DNA from: Novakomyces olei | Taxonomy: Eukaryota | Length of the DNA: 64,000 nucleotides | NCBI GenBank assembly: GCA_016906335.1 | Contig: JADEYG010000015.1 | Coordinates: 496,001 to 560,000, forward strand | Reading direction: 5' to 3' | Shown: positions 40,118-53,407 of the stretch, piece after piece | Layout of the letters: the number at the start of each line of letters is the position of its first letter | Numbering within the stretch: the first letter of the stretch is position 1 | Made by a program: the position numbers and the translations under genes | The notes under the pieces: generated by a model | The model's input: only the letters and a program-made list of their open reading frames with translations | Told to the model about the DNA's origin: nothing | Database searches by the model: none

Positions 40118-42290
40118 CTACCGTCCCCAAGTTTTTGAAGCATCGCTCAGCTGGTCAAGGAACATCTTGGAGTTCATGATTGCCGTTCCTCCTAGTACAA
40201 TACGGACTCCTGGGCTTGTCTTTTGCACACTCTCGCACAACTTTGCTTCTTCAAAAGTCGCTCCTCCAACGATGAAAACAATGACATCCTGAGCTTTTTC
40301 TTTGGGAAGCGCTCCACTGTCAATGACAGGGTACTCTTTTTCTGAAAGCCTCATCCTTAGCAGCTGACTTAATATTGTCTCTAGAAAGGGCTGGTGCTGT
40401 GTATAGACGTTTTCGACACCCTTGAGGCCTTTGAAGCCACTCCGGGCCCGAGAGAAGAAGTCTTCACCAAATATACTGACAAGTCTTTGTTTCGCGCCCG
40501 CGTATTGTAGTAATTTATTTACCAGCTGTTCATATTAACAAACAATCACACTACATAAAATTAAAGCAAACGAATAAACAAAAAATCAGGTTTCATCACG
40601 TACCTGAGCTTTCTCATCAGAGATGCCGGTGCTTTTAAGCAAGTCTATTAAAAATTGAATTCGATTTTCGCTCACTGTCTCGTACCTCAAAGCATAGAGG
40701 CAAACAAGTCGTAGTTTGCTGCTTTCACTGATGGGCGTTTGAAGTAGCGCTTGTACAGCCTAGAATTAGTTGAGCCAATTTGTAAAGAAATAGGCATCAT
40801 TCATTCTGCATAGTCCAAATGTATTTCTTTCGCTTGCTTATTATTTTGCGATACATTTTCTTTTTTTTTTTTTAGTCTTCTTTTTTGGTCCCTTTTTCTT
40901 GTATTTTGTTTTATACGCTTCTATGCTGTCATTTATTCACCATACCTTCAAATCGGTCGATTGGTTTTGAGAGCATGCAAGAGACTGCTCAACTTCGCTC
41001 ACTTCCAGCAAATTTTCCGATTCAACAATTCTGCTTAATTCACTAACAAGCGTGACATGCTTGCTCACATTGCCTTTTAACTTCCTAAATTCAGGGTATT
41101 CTTCAACGAACCGTTTCATGTCACTTATACTCTGGATATTTTCATTGTTTCGCGTTTTAGCTTGAAATTGTGAAACAAACTCTTTAATATTTGCTCCCAA
41201 ATCTCCAAAATTTGTATACATGTTTGAATTGTAAAAAGAATCCTGATCGCTAGAAAGCACAATCTGCTCAAGCTCTGGCCGTATTCCTGCGGCGGGATCA
41301 AGCTTGACTTTGCCATTCTCGATTCCTATCAATTCGTGAACCATTGCCTGGTACGTCCATTGTGTAAGTAGCGGGGTCACCGGATCATTTTTCCGATCCA
41401 GAATCAATAAAATAGGTGCTGTATCGGTACGCCGAAAATCGAATAAATTTGCTTCATTTTCTATGGTGTATTGCACTTCACCAGCTAAGCGCTTAGCCAT
41501 TTTCGAATTGGCCTCGTAACGGATTCGTGGTTTCTTTTTAAGCGCGAGCAAAATGGACAAGAGGCCCTCTGCGGAACGCTGGTACGAGTGAGACTCCCAA
41601 GAGTCCAAGGCAGCTCCATACAAATGCCAGTCGGGTAATTGAATATTTAATGAATACAAATGTCTGTCGATCGGGAGATAGTCCAAATAGAATTCCTAGA
41701 GTTAGTAACTTTTAATGTAGTTCTTGCGATTTATCCTATTAATCAAATAAAGCACGCATTAAGTATCCGTACCTGGATACTCTTTACCAGCTCCTGGTCG
41801 TCTGCCTCTGCCAGCTGTTCAATGGCGCTTTTGGGTACAATGTTGGTGAAATCTTGTACAGTCAGTCGCCTGATCAAATTTTGCAGCTTCTTACATATCG
41901 AATACGAACCGTACTTTGGATCTCGAAGTTCCTGTACTAAAGCCTGAACAGATGACGCGATAGGCCGCAGTATGCATATGCAATTTAAATGGCGTAATCG
42001 CTGCCGCTCTGGATCACGTATTTTGCTTTAATTAGTCTTGTCAGTTTGATTCAATTCGAGAAAGACAAAAAAAATAAGCTTTTATTACCTCACGAGATAC
42101 GCTTCATGGCTCAAAAAAGCGCTCTGTGTCATCGTCATTGACACGATAGGCGTCTGATCTGTCAACTCCACATACGACAAACAAGGCTGCCACAACTTAC
42201 GGTCTCATCGTCCAAAAGAACGATACAAATACCGTTCTCTCGCGAAAGTATAGTGGAAACATAGTTCTTTGCCGCAGCAAACACGTCCAT
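40118..42290 (-). CDS. VPS45: Sec1/Munc18 protein Vps45, many exons
   Basis: LILDRKNDPVTPLLTQWTYQAMVHE, GNVSKHV, VENVYTQH, VFIVGGATFEEA. Confidence 0.96.
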
Positions 42291-42728
42291 TTGCGCGAGC
42301 GATTCGCTTACTTTTTGTTTCTTTACACTGTTCCGCTGCCTATCTGCCTGGCATACGTGAAGTTGCTATTATATAATGTAGCTCATAGCGAAGTTGGGCG
42401 TGACAATATACGGTAGAATGCGACACTAATGTGCTGCACCGTACGTACTGAGTACGATATTATGTTATAATTGAATGCTAAAGTAAGGTTATAATGTGCC
42501 TCCTTATGTATGACAATGGTAGGTAAGGGTGGCTTCTTTCTTATGTAGGATGAAGTGCGCACAGTAGTATTATTCTCACTATATATACTTTGTGAAATAG
42601 TTGACTACAAAGTTTCAGGTTGGGTTGGTGTCTAAGCGAGCGCAAAAGCATGCATTTAATTAATTATTCGTAAATTTTTAGTCGTATTATAATATGAATC
42701 CGTAGCCGAAACTATACCGCTACACATG

Positions 42729-44492
42729 CTAATCAAAAATTTCCTCGTAAAATGCACCGTAGACTTGCCAATGAAAATAAAAAACACGAGATATCGCCGA
42801 CGTTAGATCCGCCAACTGCCGATCAAACATACTATGCACCAAGTTAAATTCCTCGCAAGGCTTATGCGTTTCGGAAACAAGCCCAAAGCAAGTACTGCTT
42901 ACTTGCTGCATCACACGCCTTACGTACACTGCAAAAACGGTGTCACGCCCATCATCATTGCAGCATGCATTTGCTTTAAGCCAATGCGCTATTTCATTTG
43001 CCTTTGTAAATCTGGGGATGGCCGAGTTTGAGTCTGGCACATCTGTCTTTTGGCTGCTTTGCTTTGCCAAGTAAGCAGCCACATTATCCACATTTTCATG
43101 CCATCGTCGCTCCATCCCGGGGCTCTCGCCAATAATGGCTCGCACATCACATACTTTTGCACGTATTTTTTCTTCCTCTTCTGCATCATAATCGTTGTTT
43201 TTGTTGTTACTTTTAGTACTAGCCTTGTTTGTCTGTTCGTTGCTGTTTGCTTGAAGAATGACTTTCACAAAAAGAGCCAGAGCCATCTCGGAACACAAGT
43301 TTGCCACTTCAGAGCGTAGCGTACTAAACCTGATCACGTCAAAGGCAAAAGTCTTTGGCAGAGTAATTTTGTTCCTGTTTCCCACACGCGGTCTTATTCC
43401 CGCCAGAATCGCAGCAATTGTAAAAGACACGGCATCGTTTGCACCATGGCCATTAGCGAGAGGATTTTTAGTACCCGTCCAGCAATGTGACGCGTCTATT
43501 TTGCTCGCACAGGAAGCAAATCTCGCACGTAAATTGCCCGCGTCAAATCGGCCACGTAACCTGCAGGATTCGAGCCAGGAACGTTCAAACTCAACTGCAC
43601 TTTCCACCAGTGGCGAGCGGTACTCGCGCAGCTGTCTGTTTGCTAAATCAAGCTTGACCAGCTCTAGAATAGACAAGAAATCCATACACAGGTCTGCGAG
43701 TCTTTTGCAGTGGGTTAAAAGCTCATCGTCTCCAGCAGCAGCAAAAATCACAATCAGGCTTTTAGCCTGTTGGTAAAGGGCGAAAGCCGCGCTTTCACGG
43801 CCAGTGGCTAACCTTTTCCGCTGAGCCAAACGTAAAATTGCCGCAATCCATTCGGTAAAGGCGTTTAACCCGTGCGATTTTAGTCGCTGCCACCAAAGTT
43901 GCGGCTCGGTCAAATGCCCACTTTCCCCGCTAACGCTCTGTACAATCGCACAAATCTCCCACACAAGAATGTATATGCGTCTCGACGATCGCCGGTCAAA
44001 ACTTCCGCTATTGGCAACGCTGCAATTGCCATTTATTGACGGCGGCGGCAGTTGGCGATCGACGATTGATAATCGGCTATTGTTACTCTTTTCAAACACG
44101 CGTCTGTCAGCGGCGTCGGTTCGCATTTCTTCGCCTTTTTTCCCTCTGTCTTTGATTTGCACGTGAGCACGAGCAAAATCATTGGCCAATCGGCGCTTGT
44201 ACTCCTCAGTATATACGGCGCGCTGAATGCCGCGGCAACCGTGAAGGTTTGGCCGAAAAGCGAGATTAGAGTCGTGTACTAAATCGTGCCGTAATTGAAC
44301 TGAGCGTAAAAACATGTTTGTATCGAGCTCGCGCATAGCGGCGGCCGTTATTGGCGGAGAGAGAAAGTGGGCTGCCGCGTGGGTTACGCAGGCGCTGCAT
44401 GGCGGTCCTTTTTGACATACTCGGCAAGCAATAACCTGCCATCGCTCAATTGCGGGGCATTTGGGTCCGAGCGGCCGTGAAGAGGACTGCAT
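42729..44492 (-). CDS. Sok1/TCP11 (T-complex 11) family protein, divergent, intronless
   Basis: LRHDLVHDSNLAFRPNL, LELVKLDLAN..L..YR..LVESAVEFE, PKTFAFD, HWQVYGAFY. Confidence 0.8.
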   Translation of the reverse strand: MQSSSRPLGPKCPAIERWQVIACRVCQKGPPCSACVTHAAAHFLSPPITAAAMRELDTNMFLRSVQLRHDLVHDSNLAFRPNLHGCRGIQRAVYTEEYKRRLANDFARAHVQIKDRGKKGEEMRTDAADRRVFEKSNNSRLSIVDRQLPPPSINGNCSVANSGSFDRRSSRRIYILVWEICAIVQSVSGESGHLTEPQLWWQRLKSHGLNAFTEWIAAILRLAQRKRLATGRESAAFALYQQAKSLIVIFAAAGDDELLTHCKRLADLCMDFLSILELVKLDLANRQLREYRSPLVESAVEFERSWLESCRLRGRFDAGNLRARFASCASKIDASHCWTGTKNPLANGHGANDAVSFTIAAILAGIRPRVGNRNKITLPKTFAFDVIRFSTLRSEVANLCSEMALALFVKVILQANSNEQTNKASTKSNNKNNDYDAEEEEKIRAKVCDVRAIIGESPGMERRWHENVDNVAAYLAKQSSQKTDVPDSNSAIPRFTKANEIAHWLKANACCNDDGRDTVFAVYVRRVMQQVSSTCFGLVSETHKPCEEFNLVHSMFDRQLADLTSAISRVFYFHWQVYGAFYEEIFD

Positions 44493-45534
44493 TGCTGCCT
44501 ATGAGAAGGAGGAGCAAGAAAGGAATGATGCAAAACTTCAAGGCGCTTTTAAAATAAAAAGAAAGTGGGCGCGACGAGAACGTGACAGACGGCAGGGGCC
44601 AGGGAGAGTTATATACTGAGCGATTATTTCTGTATCTGCTTTTCCATTGTTTATTTTGCAGTACTATTTGCATAAAAGTTTTGGTTTCAGGTGCCAGACG
44701 CTTTGGTGGAGCAGAGGTGTCAGTGCCGAACAGTGAGACAGTTTGTGTCCAAACGGAAAGATGCCCCAGCTCCAGCCAATGAGAGAGCGGCGCTAAGCGT
44801 ACCAGGAATCCAGCACAGGCAAGTGTGCAATGTGAGACACGTGGCGTGAATGGAATTGATTTAAATACTTCCGTTTATGGTAATACAGACGTTGCGCATC
44901 TTACATTTACGTTCTGCAGGTTTGGCGGCTGAACTGAGACCCAGAATTTGAGACACATGTGAGACACATTACTTGATAGTAATTTTCAAGGGTGGTTTTG
45001 CGCAGAATTACTGCTACATTGCTGAATTGTTAAATGATGAAATAATTTGTACTTTGCGCCAATGCCGCTTCTATTTATTGTTTGGCCATGTAAAACATTG
45101 TGCTTGACTATGAGCAACGATATATTGATTACACACGCCACATACATTATTCAGCCTTGCACATTCGTTGTTGCTTAGTTTAATGCGCATTAATTACTCT
45201 TTAATTCACGTAAATGTGATTGCCATATTTAGTCGTACAAGTACATTCGCGTCGAGTAAGAGCAGTCATCAAGGTCCATTCACGTAGAGCATTCACGTAT
45301 AGTATAACCACACGACCAGTACGCGTACGCCTGATTTTGATCAGTGCTCAGACAGACGATACCAGGGCTCGACTGCGGTTAGCGCAGTCAGTCTCTTGTG
45401 TAACACCTGCGGTACGTTGGTGTAACTGGTTCTGGTCAAGTAGACGAGTACATTGTATCTCGTCAACTAACCGGGTACAAATGATCAGCGAATGAAAAGG
45501 TTCGCTTTAGCCTGTCTGTGCGACGCCCTGTCTC

Positions 45535-45885
45535 TCACAATATATCTGGAAACGGCTGTTGGTAGAACCCCGCCCAATGTGCCGCTGGTGGTGCATCGTA
45601 ATTTACTTTGAAGCTCGTGATAAGCCGGCCTGGTACTACAACAGATCCCACGTAACGCGCGCCCTCTAATCAGTCAGTTAGTCAGCCGCGATCACGAGTA
45701 AAATATCCGGTTGGATCAATAGAAATCTAACCTCCACGGTACTCGTCGCAGTCTGCAACAATGGCGTTTCCGGCGTTGTCCGTGCAAACAAACTGGCCTT
45801 GAAACGTACGCCCATCGCTGATGCTGATTCGCACTGGTTTTAGCAGAAGAGAGTTTAAAAAGTCGCGCGCCTCTTTGTGCCGCAT
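45535..45885 (-). CDS. MAK31: Sm-like NatC auxiliary subunit Mak31/Naa38 (LSMD1), 2 exons
   Basis: VRISISDGRTFQGQFVCTDNAGNAIV | RYVGSVVVPGRLI. Confidence 0.85.
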
Positions 45886-46397
45886 TGCGGCTCTTTGAAC
45901 TGGACAATGGATATAGCTGTACAAAGTAAAGATTTAAAAAGGCATTGATTGATCCTGTACGTTACTTGTGCGCCTATAGATCTCGTACATATTATTCCCC
46001 GCCCAAATCATAATTGTAGAAAGTGCACATAATCAAAGCCAAATACAAAGTATGGTAATTGTGTAAATCTTATGGAATAATATAGCGTTATTCAGCCGTT
46101 ATTGTAAATTACTACAGCTGAATTGCAAAGCAGCTCAAACTTTACACCATGATACTTTCCAAGATGCGATCGTTGGGCGTTACAGAACTGAATAAACAGC
46201 CTTTTCACAGCAAAATTTTTAGGCTTAGATTGTGAATATTGAAACTTCGTGCCCTTGAAACTATGAGTCAGCCAATAATTGATTTCCTATTGGTATCATT
46301 TCAAATGTTACACCGTTTAATGTAGGAGCTGCTGACCTCGAATTCACCCTTTTCTCCCTGGATATAGTAGTGTTTGGAATCTCTCTACCTTGTCTGT

Positions 46398-46441
46398 AAA
46401 AATATCCCTTAAAATATCCCTTAAAATATCCCTTAAAATAT
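46398..46441. repeat. 12-bp tandem repeat (AAAATATCCCTT) x about 3.5
   Basis: Directly visible. Confidence 0.85.
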
Positions 46442-47013
46442 AATTTTCTTAAACCTTTGTCCACGTCTCTAAACATATATCAATGTTTCTCGTATTTACG
46501 TCTTTGAATAATGGCGGGGCTAAAAAACTTGAGGTTAAGGAGTAATATGTGGGTACATTAAGGTTGAGGTAGATAACACTTTATATGTTATCATCATTTG
46601 TCGAAAATACCGCTATCAAACACAGCTGTGTCACCTTACCTCCACTAACCTCACTTTTTTCTGCGTTGTGCCTTCAAAGACAGGCGGTCTGCGTGGTTTT
46701 TTTTTGGCAATGGGACTGGCGGTCACACGCTCATTTCTGTCTCTTCGCTAAAAATGTCCTTTCGATCTTTCTACAGAAAGCGAAAGTTCTACCTTGTGAT
46801 TTATTGCTTTTAAAATCAGAAGTTGTAGTCGGATTGAATAATCGGCACTACACTGAAGAACAGCAATGCACTAAGAAAAGGGAAAGCATCGGGTCTATTC
46901 CAATACTATAGCCCCAGAACTATACTAGGCTACAGTTTAAAGCCAGTCCACACTTTTCAAAATCTTGCGCATTCTTTAAGACCGATTAAAAAATGTCTTC
47001 AGCTCCAATTTTT

Positions 47014-49093
47014 TCAATGAGCAAATCTGAAGTCTAGACGCTTGTTTCCCGTATCAGTCGTCGTATCAAAGTACTCTTGACGCTGTTTCGGTGTCCACGA
47101 ATTCCAGATCCGATCGCGCTGTGCGTTGCGACGTATATAATACAATTTTGTGAAGGCGTATATACCGATATTGACACAAGAAACGATGATAAGAGCACGA
47201 TTGCCGTTGCGATAAGTCGGTCGGTCGCTTTGGCGGTAAATATTGCTGGCAATGATACTCGAAATCTGCACAGACATATTGTACAAAGAGGCCGAGACCG
47301 TTCGAGCTCTCACGGCTTGCGAGTTGCGGGAAGTCCAGGCCACCTGCAAAGGATGAGGGTAAGGATTTCCCACTATTAGTGTTGAGCACACATACTTTGG
47401 CCAGCGGTACCGTGGAGTATTGGGAAACACGTACAATGCAATCAGATTAGGCAGAACCCAAAGCTGTGTAAACATGGAGACCAGGGACTTTTCGTTTATC
47501 AGATCGGAGACAATACTCGTGGCGTACAGCATAACCATACTGATAAACTGGGCTGGGATAGAAAGCAAATTCGACTGAAACGTGCCAAAGCGAAGATTCT
47601 TCAGGGTTAGGGTTAAGTACTGCGTGGGGGGAGTTGAAGGCATGCCAAAGCTTATTCCAATAAGGTACATGGGCCACAAATCATAATCGCAGATGGATTT
47701 CCAGATTAGACTTGGGGTGAGCGCTTGACGGTTATGCATCCCACTTTTGCCGGGATCATCACGCAGTACGCGATTGACCATAATTACCTCTTCGCGCTCA
47801 GTGAACCAGCCGTTTCGGCCACGGAACCAGGACGCAGTAGAAGTTGGACTTGACGGCATTAACAGTGCAGAAAGAACCCCTACACAAAGTGTCAAAAGGC
47901 CTTCGATGAGGAAAAGGTAGCGCCAGCCTGCCCAGCCGTTCAATCCGCCCATGCGCAGGATTCCGTAAGCAAGGAAGGCGGAGACAATATCAGCAAAGTA
48001 CATGGTGGCCCAAAAGGCAGAAAGGCGGAGAGGCAGTTCCCATGAAGTGTAAAAGTACGAGAGATACAAAATTATATCCGGAATGAATCCGCCTTGAATT
48101 GTTCCAAGCACTGTGATGTTAGTTTGGCCGTACGATTGCTTTTATTTTGATTGTATCTAAATCACACTTTTATTTTGGTTTCCTTTCTTTTTATGCGTTG
48201 TATTCGGTCAAATTTCATTCGCTTACAGAAACGGCAGATGAAAAAGCTGGCGCGCCCAGACAGGCGGCATTGCGCTGTGGCTACAATGCTCCAGAGACAC
48301 ATCTGCATGGGAATCCATCGGTCAGGCCCAAGCTTCTTGCTAATAAGCTGACTTGGAAGCTCAGCAAATAAAAAGGAACACCTGAAAATCGTGTTGCCGT
48401 AATTATAATCGTTAGTATCCAGACCGAGATCAGCTAGAATTCCGTCTGTGTTTGCCTGCTGGATATTGGACCTGTCTAATTCAAGAGAGAAAAACACTTG
48501 AAGAGCCGGTCAGTAATTGAATCGTTGTCAACTCGATGAAAGAAAAGAAATCTGAATTAAATTGAATCGAATCAAAATCAAATATTCAAAAGAAAAGAAC
48601 TGTGTTTATACGACTTACTAATGCAGGCCCAGACCATTATGTACAGATCAATTTTACGTACAATCCGTTTCTCGTCGCCCCACGTCCAACGCGCTCCGGG
48701 ATTAAATCGATGACGATTCTCGTACTTTTCTGTCGGAGTATAGTACTTTGCCATATCAGGATCATCAAACACAGAGGGTTGAGTTGCAATTGCATCGCCC
48801 TTGAATGCCGGGTCGCGTCTCCAGAAAAGAAGAGCATCAATTGTACGCTTGTTTTCTCTTATAGGTGCTCCCAAGTTTAGACTAGCACGTTCGCTCTCAC
48901 TGATAAGTGTTTTTTGTTCTTCGGCAAACGTAGGAACCGTTTCTCCGTCCGAAGAGACATCGGTCCATGTAGCACTCGATTTATTTTTTTCTCCATCTGT
49001 CTCCAATTTTTGCGGTGGCGACAAGGAGGATGGAGATGCACTTGCTCTTTTAATGCGGCTGGCATGACTATTGGCGTTTTCAATTTGGCCCAT
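47014..49093 (-). CDS. MFS transporter, Dal5/allantoate permease (ACS) family, 3 exons
   Basis: [61 protein letters not shown]. Confidence 0.93.
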
Positions 49094-49405
49094 TGTAAAA
49101 AGCCAGAGGATAAGCAGAAGGTAAGAAGGGATAGAAAAAGAGCATAAAAGAGAAGAAAATTAAAAGGCCAATATTCAGAGTTCTTCGACTCTCTTCAAAA
49201 AGGGGCCCATTGTGGTAGTTATATGTTGCCATTTCCAATCATTTTTTTTATTGTACTTTTACTTTTCTGACTAGTTTCAGGTGCCTGTCTATTCTTTTAC
49301 ATTATGTGATTGCAACAATGTCATCAAATCCTTCTAATTACGCGTCTGGTTGGGGTGACAGCACGTAATCCGACGCAATGGAAACGATATCGTTATAGCA
49401 GAAAT

Positions 49406-50229
49406 GATAATCTTCTATTGCATTATAGTAACTTTCTTACCTTTGCCGATAGTGGATTTTAATATTCAGTATTTTTGTGTGTGTATCGCTTAACTTTGGG
49501 GTGGTTTGCTTAGATAAGCGCAGATCTTCTTTCGCGTTTCCCGAAGCGGAAAACAGCCCACATAATAGTGATAATATTTCGCGTCATCAGACGTAGAGGC
49601 AACAAATGTTAGAAAATTACATTTATAGCGAATGAGGAAATAAATAAAAGCTTTCATTTAAATTCGACTCTATAAATTTTGGCGTGCAAGCACGTGAAGC
49701 GGACATGCTTTAGCGCAATCGTCCATTGTACTCATTCCAAATTTTGATAAAAGCAGTACAGTAAGGAGGTTCATTTGTTTAAGCTTTCTATTGATTTCAT
49801 CTTGGTTAGCGCTCAGGCATTAGACTGGCGTTAAACGAATAATTTACAGCGTAATCTTGGTGAAACATATTTTTGCCTGCGTCGACTCTGTTTACAGAAC
49901 AATGCAAGATAAAGAAAGAAGTAAATAAATAAATAACTAGATAATAGGTGCTGATAGCTTTCTCAATTCCAGACACAGCACGGCATGCCAGATAACAATG
50001 AACCTTGAAAATTATAGACAGATTTCATTTCATTCTATTCTGCACTTTTCCACATCCGATAATAAGTATGCAGCTATTGCGGGCGTATATATTTAGTCGG
50101 CCGAGCTCCAAGGGATAATGCCGATAAACAAAATGTATATAAACTCAATATCGAATAAATTAAATAATTAGCAAATGTCATGTCTTTCAATGCGAAACAC
50201 AATTCATCAAATACACTGTAACGTGATAA
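49406..50229 (+). promoter_or_regulatory. Cluster of GATAA motifs (GATA-factor sites) upstream of the MFS transporter
   Basis: GATAA at 49406, 49513, 49570, 49746, 49908, 49940, 49991, 50058, 50114, 50123, 50225. Confidence 0.6.
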
Positions 50230-51600
50230 AAGTGTAACGAAATCCTGCTGAAGTAAATTAATCTAATCCCGCGGAATTGCAGTTTTTGTTATTTTCTGTT
50301 GGTCATAAGCTCTTCTGTATACAATATTTTTGGATCAGTACGAATGAAGTCAAAATTCACGAATGTACAAAATGTAAACGTGATTTTGTTTAGTATGAAC
50401 AAAATTTCCTGCCACAGGCACAGCGTTGATTGTGATGGTGATTTTAGGATATAGCCAGGGGTATTTATTTGATTTATTGATTGAGTAAGGATTCAAACAT
50501 TTCATCAGAGGCTGAATACTTTACCTTGAGCAAGTAAATGAAGGCAAGGCTATGACAATTTCTGACAAAGAAACAATTTTGTCCTTTTACTCACCCGTCT
50601 CTGGAACTCTAAATACCAATTTTTTTGTCATGGACAGAAAAGAAAAGTAATCGAGGCATCTGATGGACTGAAACAATAATTTATTGAAGACTTTTACTAG
50701 GTATTGAACCAATTCAGGGTCATCACTTTTAAATCAAGCCGAGATGTTTGATTATTGCGACAAGAGACCGCGTCAATTGCGCTTAGTACTCACGCCAATG
50801 CTTCATTGACAAGAGCCTACTAGGAACAAAAATTTATATTTTGGTTCGTACTACACCAAAGCAGCAAATAGGGCAGATTTCGTCTCTTTACCTGCAACGA
50901 TGTATTACTAATCTTGGTCGATTAAACGTCGTCCAATATATCGCTTCTTGTCAACAAACACCGGAAATTACTAGTAGCACGAATCGGAAAGTTTATAAAT
51001 AGAGCATTGATCTTACAACAAGGGTCCCGTTGATATGCACATTCGTTCTGTTGCGCAATACTCGCAACAGGACGCGCTAGACGACGGCTCCAGCAGTCGG
51101 AAAGTAATACTCAAAAGGTACCCAAACGGTAATTAAATGGACTGTTTATTCTGGCGATATATGAATTATAACAGCCCAGATTTAATAGTGTATTGAAAAA
51201 GACAAGACAAAAGAGAATTAAAGACAAGAGAGATAAACTGCAAACCTGCTCTGCTGTTTTATCTCACCTGCGGTTTATCTCGGTCTTATTCCGCAAACAC
51301 TGACAGCGCAGCACGTGACACATTAATAATCGTCTTGTTGTATTTGTCGAGCAGATCGGGAACAGAATAGGGACATAATCAAGTAACGTTAGTGCACACG
51401 TATTCCAAACCTCCAAAATACACAGCGCAGATCACGCGCAGTGACATAACTGTATTACAAATACGTCGCATTACAAATACAGTCGCATTACAAATACAAT
51501 ATTTCGAGTATATATAAATGGCGATTATTGGCGACAGTCAGACGACAGCCAACTGCCGAAGCACTATAGACAGCAATTGCAGCCTCAAACACTCCGAAAC

Positions 51601-52854
51601 ATGTCGTACAGCGAACCCGCGCCTAACGTGCCCTTTTACACGCCCGTGTAAGCTGCCCAGTCTTGCCTATTATTCTTAGCCTACTTTTTTTTTGCCTACT
51701 TTAAATTTCGATTATTGCTAACACGAACCAGGCAGGATCCTCCAGCGGGAACGTTTCTGCCGGGCAGCAATGGCGACGGAAAAGCGCCACTTGCCTTTAC
51801 GCCGCTCAAGATTCGCGGTGTAACGTTACACAACCGTATCTGGGTCTCGCCCATGTGCCAGTACTCTGCACGAGACGGCTTTCCTACCGACTGGCACTTG
51901 GTAAACGCCGGCTCATTTGCCGTCCGTGGCGCTTCGCTCGTTGTTGTAGAGGCGTCTGCCGTTGTCCCCGAAGGCCGAATTACCCCGCAGTGTCTCGGCA
52001 TTTGGAGCGACGAGCATATCGCCGGGCACCGGCGTATCGCCGATTTCATCCGTTCTCAGGGCCAAGTGCCGGCCATCCAGCTGGCACACGCCGGCCGGAA
52101 GGCGAGCTGCTCGGCGTTGTGGCTCGGCGATAAGAAGGTCGGCGTTGACGTCGGCGGCTGGCCGGACAAGGTGATCGGGCCGAGTGCGCTCGCGTTCGAC
52201 GGCAACCATCACGTGCCCAAGGAGGCCACCCTGGCGGATATTAAACGCGTAATTGACGCGTTCAAGGCCGCCGCTAAACGCGCTCTGCAAGCCGGCTACC
52301 AAGTAATCGAAATCCATGGCGCTCACGGTTACTTGATCAGCGAGTTCTTATCGCCGCTGGCCAATCAGCGCGGGGACGTGTACGGCGGACCGTTTGAGAA
52401 CAGGGTTCGGCTCGCGCTCGAGGTCAGCAGAGCTGTAAGGTCCGTTTTGCCGGAAGACTTTCCGCTTCTTTTCCGTGTTTCTGGCACAGAGTGGGTCGAG
52501 GGCGGCTGGACGGTTGAGGATACGGTCCGACTGGCTCCATTGCTTAACGCCGAGGGTGTAGATTTGCTGGACGTTTCATCCGGCGGCATTTCTGCTCAGC
52601 AAAAGATTACTACCGGGCCGGGGTACCAAGTGCCTCTGGCTGAAGCGGTAAAACGCAGCTCCAAGTCCGACATTCTTGTCGCCACTGTGGGATCGATCAG
52701 GACGGGTACTCTTGCTGAACAGATTTTGCAGGATGACAAGGCAGATGCCATTTTTGTTGCTCGCGCGTTCCTGAACGATAGCGGGTTCGTACTGCGCGCG
52801 GCCGAGGAACTCGGTGTGCGTGTAAAGTGGCCACACCAGTACGGACGCGCTTGA
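51601..52854 (+). CDS. NADH:flavin oxidoreductase / old yellow enzyme (YqjM-like class), 2 exons
   Basis: NRIWVSPMCQYSA, IQLAHAGRKAS, EIHGAHGYL, YGGPFENRVR, PGYQVP; exon 1 51601-51647; TATA at 51509. Confidence 0.95.
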
Positions 52855-53407
52855 AGTGGCGATTTGTTTGGTTATTTGCTCTCTCCTGCTTTTTTTTGTA
52901 GCAGCAAGAGTCGGAGTGTGGATTTATAGACAATGTGGAACGATGCTATAATGAAAAAGAAGAAAATATAGATTCAAACTAGGTGAAATGAAGCAGTTGT
53001 TGATAGACTGTATAAAGGCTCAATATCATTTATTTGACTAAATGCGCTTTTTTTTTTTCTTTTTTCTTTTTTTTTTTCAATTCTCAAGATCGTTAATACT
53101 TTGAGGTTGAATAGTCCAATCAGCATTAATGTAAGCCTGAAGAGCAATTTGTAATTTAAAAGACCCGCGCATTATAGATCAAGGCACATGAAAAAGGTAA
53201 TGTTTATCTTTGTCTGCGCAATCACGACTGGACCAAAGCTCTGAAAAATACAGAGTCAAAAATTATCTAACCAATAGAGATTATTTAGACTATTTACAAT
53301 CGACTGTCCAGCTCAGGCAATATTCCGTCCCTTGTTTCTTTAGGGCTTCTCTTTTATTTTTCTCTTTAATTTTCTCTGTCCGCCTACTTATTTGGCTGCG
53401 CTGACAA

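Noticed and set aside
46261..46476. Short ORF with YFKG repeats as a possible peptide or pheromone precursor
   Set aside because: No signal peptide, KR-flanked repeats or CAAX; explained by the 12-bp DNA tandem repeat
47604..47614. GGGTTAGGGTT inside the MFS gene
   Set aside because: Coding coincidence (Leu-Thr-Leu codons on the minus strand)
51601..52854. Recent bacterial horizontal transfer of the GC-rich OYE gene
   Set aside because: It has a spliceosomal intron and a fungal-type N-terminus (APNVPFYTPVQDPPAG); GC bias alone is insufficient without a phylogeny
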